From: Epiperipatus broadwayi
Lineage: Eukaryota > Animalia > Onychophora
Assembly: GCA_028023455.1 (NCBI GenBank)
Contig: JAQFVV010000006.1
Location: forward strand, 4,278,001-4,342,000
Reading direction: 5' to 3'
Length of the DNA stretch: 64,000 bases
Both the position numbers and the translations under genes were made by a program. Within the stretch, counting starts at the first letter, position 1. Each line of letters begins with the position of its first letter. This document shows positions 54,370 through 64,000 of the stretch, piece by piece. The notes beneath the pieces are model-generated. The model did no database searches. It saw nothing but the letters and a program-made list of their open reading frames with translations, and had not been told where the DNA came from.

Positions 54370-54700
54370 AAATAATGAGCATGCTAATAAGTATAACAAG
54401 CCTTGCTGATAAATGCCGCTAGAAAAAGTATTTAAAATCTCCCCATCCACAAACTGATTCAGAGCTATTGGCTCCTCTCAGTGAGGTGCTAGGATATTAC
54501 AGACACTAGATATAAAATATTAACTCAAGGCTAGCACTTAACTGATACTAAACTATGAATTAGAATATTTGAAATTTTTAGACACCTATATGTCTTCAAA
54601 TCCAATTATCTACCTTAAATAGCTACATGGGTCTGAAAACTAGTCAACCATACCATATATAAATATTATTAAATCTACCACTACCTTTACTTTGCTATAT
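54370..54700 (+). mobile_element. Family B element, diverged
   Basis: ataatgagcatgctaata...cagtgaggtgctaggatatt...tatgtcttcaaatccaa...aaatagctacatgggtctgaa. Confidence 0.7.
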
Positions 54701-56149
54701 TATTTTATATAAAGGCAATTTGTCCATCTTACTCCAAATACTTCTTAGCAAACAATTTTTGATCGTACATACACACAACCTGATGTTTCAATTGTCCTGC
54801 AGCCTTCCTCAAAGCCACTCCCACAAGTTTAAAAATATTTTATTTTCTTATTTTTTTTTTTAATGATAAGTTATATTTTCTTAGCTTTATTATTTTTTAC
54901 TGTATGTTAGTTTAATGAAGTGCTAAATACACTTATATAAAATTCAAATCAAACACGTACTTTTATTTAAAAAACAAAGACTGGAAAATGTTAAAGTTAA
55001 ACTAAAGTATGGGAGTATAGAAACACAATGGACATATTAAAAATCTATAAACTAATTAGGCAAAATTATTTAAGAGATCAGCAACTCTGATAAAATAACA
55101 AAAATAGCCCGATGGCAAATTTAATTAAATTACTATTGCAAATACTGATTAGATTCCAGATAAGAATTATCAGAGAAAGCAGACGTTAATTAATTGTGCA
55201 CAACTAGAATGCACGTTGGAATGAAATAACAATGGTACTACCACATGGTACAGTTGAAACACCAACCAATCAGATTATTAACGTTCTGAGAGTCATGACC
55301 TTAACCAGAAGAGGGAAGAGAATCATTAGCTTGCGATAGCCCTTGATGAACAGAAGTGTGTCTTCCTCTGGCAAATTCTGTCATCCTTGCCTCTAGGAGG
55401 ACTTTATTTCTGAACTTACATGAATACCCTGGGACTGCAGTACCAGATGGCGGGACCCTTATGAATCAACTGCCTTCGACCTGTTTGTATATATATCCCT
55501 GTGTATAGAAGAGACAAAAGTTAAATACTTAAGTGCTAACTGTGTATCATTATAAGTAACAATTAGTATATTAAAGAGTTATTATAAAGTAAATTTCCGA
55601 GCCGCCTGTTATTATTTAGTATCATTTACTAATTGCAATCCAGCTGTAATTAGGTCACCTTTGGACATAGCATGAAGCATTTAAAATTTTATATCATTTA
55701 TTACAGAAGCTCATGTTACCATGGAAACTACATCTTCGGCAAATGCATGAATAAACAAATAAGGCATTTCCCGCACTGAACAGATGCAAGCATTCGTTAT
55801 TTAACAATCAACAGCTAAATAAAGTTGCTTGTCACATGACTAAAATTTAAACCTTGAGTGGTGTTTGAAATTTAAATATTTTCATTTTTGATAATAGTTA
55901 CAGGTGAAATGCCACAGTTGCTCGCTTAATTTGTTATATCTATCAAGAACTTACATTAAATATTCCAAAAATAATGCCTCACCCCAAGACTGAAAATAAT
56001 CCGTATAATATAATTTCATAGAAGGATGGAAGCAAATACAAACCATATCTTCTCATATACAATATAATTAATGATATAAAAAAGAAATTAACAAACTGGA
56101 TTTAATACTCATAATTTACGCTAATATTCGGAAAGAACAGTGCAACGAT

Positions 56150-56800
56150 GTCATTGGCAACTGTAAAAGAATTTCCTGAAAAATTAAACACACATCAATA
56201 TCAACTCATTTCTCATAGAAATTGAGTGTCCAGAAATTAAGAGTGGAAACTTTTTATACCACCAGGGGCATGGCACTCAAAAGTACAATATTGTGAGGTG
56301 CTTAGGAAACTGTTCACGAAGCATTTGCACCACAACTGTAAGCAATGCTAACTAGCTTTCTGATGAGATTATTCCTAAAAACTAAATTAGCTTTAATATT
56401 AGATAAATAAAGAAAATAAGTTAAACTGCAGTCCAAATGAAATGAGGGAAGATTGTATTTAAGTCTATCATTGCAAAAAAGTTATATTCCATGGCATTTT
56501 GTTCTTTCACATAATCCTCCAATAAGATGTTAGAAAAAAAGTTGCTCACAGAAAATATGTAATAAGCTGTTAAGTAGATCAAATTTGATAATAGCACAAT
56601 ATAATATTGCTACTCGAGAATTTTTCAAACGTAATCCCCTTCCTGGATGTTCGACCACAAATTTGCAAATGACAAATTCTTAAGAAGTTTCAAACAAATT
56701 ACTTGTTCCAAATGTAACAGTAAAGCCAGCTGGATTTGATCTTCCTAGATGCAACAGGGGTCTTTTCAAGATTCAGGTCAACCCAAAATAGTTAATTCCG
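56150..56800 (+). mobile_element. Ingi/Vingi-like LINE 3' remnant
   Basis: VTVKPAGFDLPR (PPGFDLPR-type) and VQYC remnants with many stops. Confidence 0.45.
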
Positions 56801-57012
56801 ACAAATCCATGGCAACGATAATAGAAATGAAAGATTTAATGAAGCCACTAGTGAACTTATTTTCTGATTGGAATTTCTAGTTTTCATTATAATATTTTGC
56901 TAATAGTTAGATTATCTACAAAAAAAAAAAGGCAAAAATCCACATACTAAACAAAGATATCAAAATTTGGTTTTAGAATTACAATCAAAATCTATCTACT
57001 TTAATTCTTTTT

Positions 57013-57345
57013 AATAACATGAAAGCTAAAACCTTCAAACAGATACGCTTTAAACATGCTTACGTGACAGCCAATCAGATGGAATAATGACATCACATGG
57101 GACTCTCAATTCTGAAACACAAGTCTGAACTATCAGAAAAAGATGGGACCCACCGTCTTCTATGCCTAAATTTATATATAAATAAGCCAGACTCAAGCAT
57201 TCATAGAAGAAGGTGGGTCCCATCTTTTTCTGCTAGTTCAGACTTGTGTTTCAGAATTAAGAGGTCCACATGCAGTTATTATTACATCTGATTGGCATGT
57301 TTAAGGCGCAGGTTTTGATGATTTAAGTCTTTCACATTATTACAA
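57013..57345. mobile_element. Foldback MITE family H (arms about 140 bp)
   Basis: aattctgaaacacaagtctgaact..cagaaaaagatgggacccacc..cttctatg inverted at about 57198-57260; similarity extends outward. Confidence 0.9.
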
Positions 57346-57938
57346 CATTATTTGCTTGCGCTTAATAAATTTGATATATTTAATTCTTTTTGTAAAATGT
57401 TTTTAATCTATACAGTGTAACATGTTATTGAAATTAGTTCTTCGTATGACCACCAGAAAGCGATTCCAATAATTACATTAAGTTCATCAATTTGCCCTGC
57501 AAAATAGAATGACAAATCTCGGAATTAAAGATTTTTGTAGTGATGCTCATCTTGTCACTTCAAGACATCACATGATCACCTGAGCAAACAACCAATTATT
57601 TTAGTTCTACAGTCGAAAAGCAAAGAATTCATGAGCTAAAGGTTCCTAGACTAAAATTCAAATATCATGACATTAAGAATGACTAATGATTCAATTACTT
57701 TACTAGTTCAAGAATATATATAACTGCCAAAACACCGTAATAAGATAGTATGTCATCTAAACCATTACAGCTCTGTTTCATCAACCCTTTTTTCTTTAAA
57801 AACAGTACTATTATTAAATTAGGATTTTAGTGAACAGTCTTTGATAATTTAAATTTAAAGAAAATTCTTTTCTATTAAAACATTAGTAATAAAAATAGTA
57901 TAAAAAAATTAAAAAAAAAAAATAGTACTACAATTTAC

Positions 57939-58013
57939 CTTGTCATATGTATACGGTTTAAATTTAGAAATGTTTTGACGGCCTGCTGCCTGTCGAATCT
58001 GGGCTTCCAGAAC
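57939..58013 (-). CDS. MAPKAPK5: MK5 exon (75 nt): VLEAQIRQAAGRQNISKFKPYTYDK
   Basis: ttttag acceptor, AAG|gtaaat donor; corresponds to the MK5 insert VLEAQ...PYTYNK. Confidence 0.93.
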
Positions 58014-58794
58014 CTAAAATGAAAAAGCATACATCTGCACACATATATAGTAAAGAAGAATAAATCATTATCCCTCAGACTATAAATAGATAACATTCTG
58101 TATGTGAACCACGTTTCCTGCATTTATCATCTCTATTTCTAAGGAGAATAATTTTGTACATTTTTATGTTAATATTTTCCCAATAAACAGCCAAACTCGA
58201 CTCACTGTTGCATAGCCTGATGTACATGCAAGTTGAAACTTATGACTAAGTAGCTGGATCATAATTGGTATAAAGTCATTTAATGGTAATCATGTCACCT
58301 ACATGCCACCTTCACCTCACCTTACTTAGACGGGAATTGAACATAATGTTTTGTTGATTTGAATATTTTCTCAAGTAAAATTTTACGTAAAACTATTTTT
58401 CCGTTTTTTTTTAAAGAATTCCAAGAAAAAAATATCTGCATTCACACTACATGAGATCCTAAAGGTCCGATGAAGGTAAAAGTGGACTAAAAATAATGAT
58501 ACCAAGTGTTCAAAGTTTGTAACTGGGCTAAAAAATGATATATTAATCTCCAGCTTAATAATTATAGAAGGGATTTGACTTTCAAGCTCAAAGCTATCCA
58601 ATCGACCTCCTACAACCGTACACATGACCACACCTATGTATAAAAGACAAACGATCTTCAATATATGCTAATAAATGATTTACAATAATCATTTGTGTAT
58701 TAATCTAAAAAAAATGCTTTAAAAAAAAATAGTTACAAGAAGTTTTGCATTTATATATCGAGTTTTAATATTATATATATATATTGGTAATATA

Positions 58795-59040
58795 ACCAAG
58801 TCACATATCACATGACCTATTTAGCTTGTATTTACCAATATATAATAAAGAGCATGCTAATATTTCTCAACAAGCTTATTTTATTATTATTTTTATTTTT
58901 TTATATGATAACCCCAGACCAGTTTCGAGCTATGGTTCTCTTCAGTGAGGAATTAAAACACCAGATTCAAAAAATAGCAACTCTAGCCAAGCATTTATCT
59001 AATACTTAACTATTAAGCTTGAAACCGGTCTGGGGATGGG
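58795..59040 (+). mobile_element. Family B-related fragment
   Basis: gagcatgctaat...aacaagctt...ccccagaccagtttcgagc...cagtgagg...gaaaccggtctgggg. Confidence 0.65.
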
Positions 59041-59894
59041 AACAATCATAAATAATGATTTGAATGTTTTTTCTTATAGCATTTATCATGTAAAAAAATA
59101 AATAAATAAATAAAATAAAACATGGACTTTATTATATATATATATTGGTATGTATTAATAAACTATGTATACAGTCATCAACAATTTTTATTCTTTCTCA
59201 ATCTTTACCTTAATTAGTTCTCAAAACTGCAACTGAGATGTAATTAACAAATTATCTTCTTTTTACACTTTCCTATTTTATTTGTCTTTTCTTCAAATGC
59301 TTTTATTTAACTTAGAAGATCTATTCGTTTAAATTAAATTTTGTAATCGATTTATAACATACTTCCATCAAATGGAATTTCTTCAAATTTTGTACTTATT
59401 GGAAATTGATAATAATGCTATATATGACAATAACATATTTCAGAATTGAACAGTTATTTGTTTAGACTAACAGATAAATTTCAAATACACTGACATCGAT
59501 TTAATAAGTTTTCAGTGATGTGCACAAGAGGGCACTATATCATTTTTAAAAAAGCTTAAATTTAAGAGTGAACATGGTCAATTAAAATACAAATAAAAAC
59601 TAATCTTAATTTCTCTCGATTGTCAAATTTTTTTATTTTAAAACATTTCTTTCGTTAAAAAAATCATACTGGAATTGATTTTTAATGCATGCAAATTTTC
59701 TTTCAAATATACAGATTGCATGCAACATGGCTTTAATTTTTCGTTTTAATATTTGAATAGGAATAATTTATAAAAAATATTTTATAAATAATGCTTTAAT
59801 TTTATGTGCACTAAAAAGCCAATTTTTAAATTTAAATACGATTGATTACAAAAATTATTTGAATACTCAAAAGATATAAATAATATATATATAT

Positions 59895-60220
59895 TACATA
59901 ATGAGCGTTAATAGTTCTTAACAAGCTTTTCAGAATATCACTATCCTCAGATCAGTTTCTAGCTCTGGCTTTCATCAGTGAGGAACTAGGATATTCCAGC
60001 ATTAGATTTAAAATACCAGGTCAAGTCCAGCACTTTATCTAATGTTTAACTATTAAGTAGAAAATCTGAATTTTTCAGACATCCATATGTCTTCAAATCC
60101 AACTATTTAACTTAAATAGCCATATGGGACTGAACCAAGTTCAGATACATCATATATTAATGGCTTTAGCAATATAAAATCACCAAAGCCTTAATAGAAA
60201 AATGAATAATTGCAAGGAAA
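59895..60220 (+). mobile_element. Family B element
   Basis: ataatgagcgttaatagttcttaacaagcttttc...agtttctagctctggctttcatcagtgagg. Confidence 0.8.
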
Positions 60221-60244
60221 TTTCCTTGCAATAATATATATAAT

Positions 60245-60670
60245 ATTTCATAATATATCCTTTCACTTAATATGCACTAAAAAGCCAAAAATAATTGTTT
60301 TTTTTTTAAACCACAATTTGCATTTTTATATTTACATTGAAATAATAGTATGGGCATCCATACGTTAATTAATTCAATCAGTAATTTTTACAACTAGTAG
60401 GGGTTGAATTAATCAGTTTCTAGATGCCCCAAGTTTTTTTTTTTTTCATGTCATAGCATCTGCCAGGACGCGAACCCACACCCGTCTGCAACCAATTACT
60501 TGCTTGCATGGCGGCTGCGATACCTCTCGGCTAACAAAGCAAGACTGCCCCAAGTTTTTATTTCAAATTAAATATAAATTAAATATAAAAAGCCAAATTG
60601 TGGTTGAAAAAAAAAAAAATTAATTTTGGTTTTTAACGTATATAAAAGTGTTTATTATAAAATATTATGT
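60245..60670. mobile_element. AT-rich foldback MITE family I carrying a retroposed insert
   Basis: About 60245-60345 inverted at about 60555-60670; central gggcatc..ttaattcaa / ttgaattaa..gatgccc symmetry. Confidence 0.75.
60439..60545 (-). mobile_element. Short tRNA(Leu-like)-derived retroposon with poly-A tail and 14-bp TSD
   Basis: A-box TAGCCGAGAGGT, B-box GGTTCGCGTCC, A-tail; TGCCCCAAGTTTTT at 60425-60438 and 60546-60559. Confidence 0.8.
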
Positions 60671-61091
60671 ATAGATGTATTATTTTACATTGGAAAAAAG
60701 GTCAGAGAATTTTATTTTTAATATATTCGTTGCTAATGTTAAACAGATAAATTAAATAGAATAAGATGGTTTAATTTAATTATTTTAAATGATAATACAT
60801 TTCTATTTATCATTTATGCACTTTACTACACACTTCATTTTTAATTTAAATTAATAAATAGATTGTACAAAGAAATATTAATAAAAATAACAAAATATGT
60901 AGCTTTATTCTTTATTAAAAGCGGGTCAGAATATGGTAAAATTTTACATCAAAAAATCTGACAATCTACATATTAAGCTAATTGTAGTAGTAACAACAAT
61001 GGATTAAAATAATACCTATACTTAATGCAGGGTTATTTACTATATAACTTATTAATATGAACATAAATTTGATCAATAGTATTCCGTTTAC

Positions 61092-61187
61092 CTGAGGTGA
61101 AACATAGTAGGGAGTATACTGGGGCGACATAAGATTACCATCATCAATTTTAGCGAAACCGAAATCCGACAATTTTACAACGGTATC
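61092..61187 (-). CDS. MAPKAPK5: MK5 exon (96 nt): DTVVKLSDFGFAKIDDGNLMSPQYTPYYVSPQ, activation segment
   Basis: tttcag acceptor, CAG|gtaaac donor, DFGFAK and TPYY motifs. Confidence 0.97.
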
Positions 61188-61497
61188 CTGAAACATACAT
61201 ATATAATTATTATATAAAATTGTAATACATTATAATCGGATTTAAAATAAGATTTTTGAAATTTTAATACATATAAGATAAATAAAACAGAATGAGAACT
61301 ATACAATTTTAGATAGTAAGAGTATATTCAGATACTGCAAAAAGTTTTTGTCTATGAAAAATGCTAAATCAACATACAGAAAATGGGAACTCGGACACTT
61401 TATCCTATATTACACACACACACACAATTTTATTTATTTTATTATACAATATTTGGAATGATGAGACACTTCATTAAATTTAATACAAAACATTGTT

Positions 61498-61672
61498 TGA
61501 AGAGTGTGCAGGGGTAATGTGGAGAAGAGAAGCTAAAGATTGGAGAAAACGGATTGAACTTGGAGAGACCTTCATCCTGTAGTGGATTGATAATAATTGA
61601 TGATGATGATAAATTTACAATCTCTTGGAATCCAGTTTAAGATTTCAATGTCCATCTATAATCATCTCTTCT
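61498..61672. mobile_element. RTE 3' end (+, 61498-61610) abutting an inverted upstream RTE piece (-, 61615-61672)
   Basis: (GAT)4 tail followed by the reverse complement of agaagagatgattatagatggacattgaaatcttaaactggattcc. Confidence 0.8.
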
Positions 61673-61809
61673 ACCTTTATATAATTTAATGCTAAATTTT
61701 ATTTAAGGGTAAATGATAAATTTAATATATATTTTGATTAAAATAAAAAAACGGCACATGAAATAAAATCTTCAGAAGATGTACACCCTAAATTTTAAAA
61801 TAAACCTAC

Positions 61810-61899
61810 CTCAGAATTATCTTTGAGTAATAAATTCTCCGGCTTGATATCTCGATGGGCAATATTGAGGGAATGACACTGTTGAATTGCCAGCGCAAT
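61810..61899 (-). CDS. MAPKAPK5: MK5 exon (90 nt): IALAIQQCHSLNIAHRDIKPENLLLKDNSE, catalytic loop
   Basis: tttgatag acceptor, GAG|gtaggt donor, phase 0/0, HRDxKPEN motif. Confidence 0.96.
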
Positions 61900-62769
61900 C
61901 TATCAAAAAGATAAATTCTTTAAATAACATTATAAAACAGACAAACAATTTATAATATGTACATATTGTAGATAACATATTAAGAAAAACGAGATAACAT
62001 TTACTGCTATGGAGAAAAAGAGATATTCACCAACAACTGAATTTTAAATTACTTTTATCCTGCTACTATTTTTAACTTAGTATGAATTGAAGTTATCATC
62101 TTTTTAAAGTTTCCATTATTAGGTTTTATGTCTAATATATTTAATACAAAAATAATGAGATTAAAAATGTAAGCACGCATTCGCCAAGAGTATGTATAGT
62201 TTATTAAGAAAAATAATTTATCATTATTATTTTATTTATATAATAATTAAGAAATACAATTTCATTACATGAGTAATTTTTATGTATTAACAAATTTTTG
62301 AATGTTACCGACCAATCCTTCTCAATTTTACTATTCTTTGGTAATTATAAACATTTTTTATAGGTGAATTTCTTTTACAGAGCATACTACTGCATTTCAA
62401 TGAGTATGATTTAGCTCTAAAACTGTGATGCTCCAATAAATTTTGTGATAAAAACGGCAAACAATAGAAAACTGGAACACATGCTATTTTTTGAACAATG
62501 GCTTCTCAGAAATTGAAGACAACATTTTTCTTTTATTTTTCCATTACTTAAATTTTACATTTAATATATTTAATGCAGAAATAATAAGCCTAAAAGTCAT
62601 CATCAGTCCCCATCCAAAAATGAGTACGGCCAAGAATAAAAAAATTACTTTCAGATGACTTTTGTGAAAACGTGACAAACCAATCTTTCAACCACAAATA
62701 CTTCTACATGCTGATCAATTAATCTCTTTATTTGATATACTGTGGCATTATCTTTTAACTTCTTGTGTT

Positions 62770-64000
62770 AATAATATGAAATACTTAAGTGCCATGTCTA
62801 ATTGCAGTTCTCCAATATTTTCTAACCTCAGCTATAGCTTCCCAATAAAAACAACCAGCATTAAACTTCTTCAGAACACCTTTGAGATAAAGCATATAAT
62901 GCAAACATCATCTACATCTGTTATAAACCCATGCTTAAGTTCGTTGTTTGTTCAATTTAAATGTCCAATCCGATAACGTATAATTTTACAATAGAGAACT
63001 CTACACTCTCACATCCAGAAAGTTCAAGAATATATCGATTGGTTTTATGATCTTGGTATTGTGGTTTTAAAATTTTATGGCACATTCTTAAATCAAACTT
63101 TTCTAATGCCTTTATAGTGTGTGATATGATGTCCAAATTTCACGTCCATACAATAAATTAGGTAAAATAACAGTTCTATATACAGCTAGCTTAGATGTAG
63201 TAATTTCCTTATGATGAAATACTTCATCTTTTAACTTGTTAAAACCAACAGCAGCACATTGGAGTCTACGTTGGCTCCCAATATTTATGTCCATCCATCT
63301 TTCTATTTATAAAACCACCAATGTATTTAAACTGGTTTACCTTCTCCAATTTGATAACCATCCAAGCTAAAAGTTGCTGAGGATTCTGACCAATAAAGAC
63401 CAGGAGTTTTTTGAACATTAATAATAAATTGAGATCTTTATAAGTTGCATTCAAATTATTAAGAACATTCTGTAAGCCGTCTTTTGAAGTGGCAAAAATA
63501 ACACAATCATCAGCTTACTGTAAACCCAGAATCAAAAAAATAAAGTTATTGCCTTTGTTTTTAATCAATGCAAATTAAAAATTCCATCACCAAACTTGTA
63601 TAACATCTTGATTTCTGTTTCCTTAAATTGTTTATAAACAGTTCTAAGACAACTGCCGTAAAAACTGAAAACAATGTTGGAGTATGTATACATTCTTGTT
63701 TAACACCAGTTTTTATTTCAGATCTGTCAGATTTTCCATCTCACTTCCTCTCATTCATACAGAAGCTGCATAATATGAATAGATTTTGGTGGACAAGCAA
63801 CTAAATTCAAACAATGTCTCAGCTCTATTTTGATTAAGTCAAATCTCATGAACAAATCAATAAAATCAGCATTTCCAAGCAATAAAACCCGTCTGGAGAG
63901 CTTTTTGCTCACTGACTCTCAGGTAATTATTCATCTAAGAACTGGTTCAACAGAATTGAAAGTACCTTTACTGTCATGGATAACACCAATATTCCATGAA
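62770..64000 (-). mobile_element. BovB-like RTE LINE (RT plus C-terminus), decayed, continues beyond the window
   Basis: GVKQ.CI, (Y)ADD, FKYIGG, KLAVYRTVILPNLLYG.EIW, LEKF..R...KIL and WEAIAE.RK.WRTAI.HG motifs. Confidence 0.85.

Overview
AT-rich eukaryotic (probably invertebrate/arthropod-like) genomic DNA; no prokaryotic operon, CRISPR array or rRNA is present. The window is spanned on the minus strand by the 3' part of a MAPKAPK5 (MK5/PRAK) kinase gene. Eight coding exons were reconstructed by eye (61899 down to 11611, 925 nt), all with GT-AG boundaries and compatible phases; the 5' exons lie beyond the right edge and the terminal exon is unresolved. Introns (0.6-11.5 kb) are packed with decayed mobile elements: a complete-length Merlin DNA transposon, several RTE-clade LINE remnants, a Penelope-like element, other LINE ends, tRNA-derived SINEs and many foldback/MITE-like palindromes. 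The most notable unexplained structure is a superfamily of about 20 foldback fragments that share one internal cassette but have different termini, with a CTCF-like motif as the best-conserved core of the A and A-prime/D arms. There is also a near-perfect 432-bp palindrome (43979-44410). Repeat boundaries are approximate, and all family assignments come from motif recognition without database searches.
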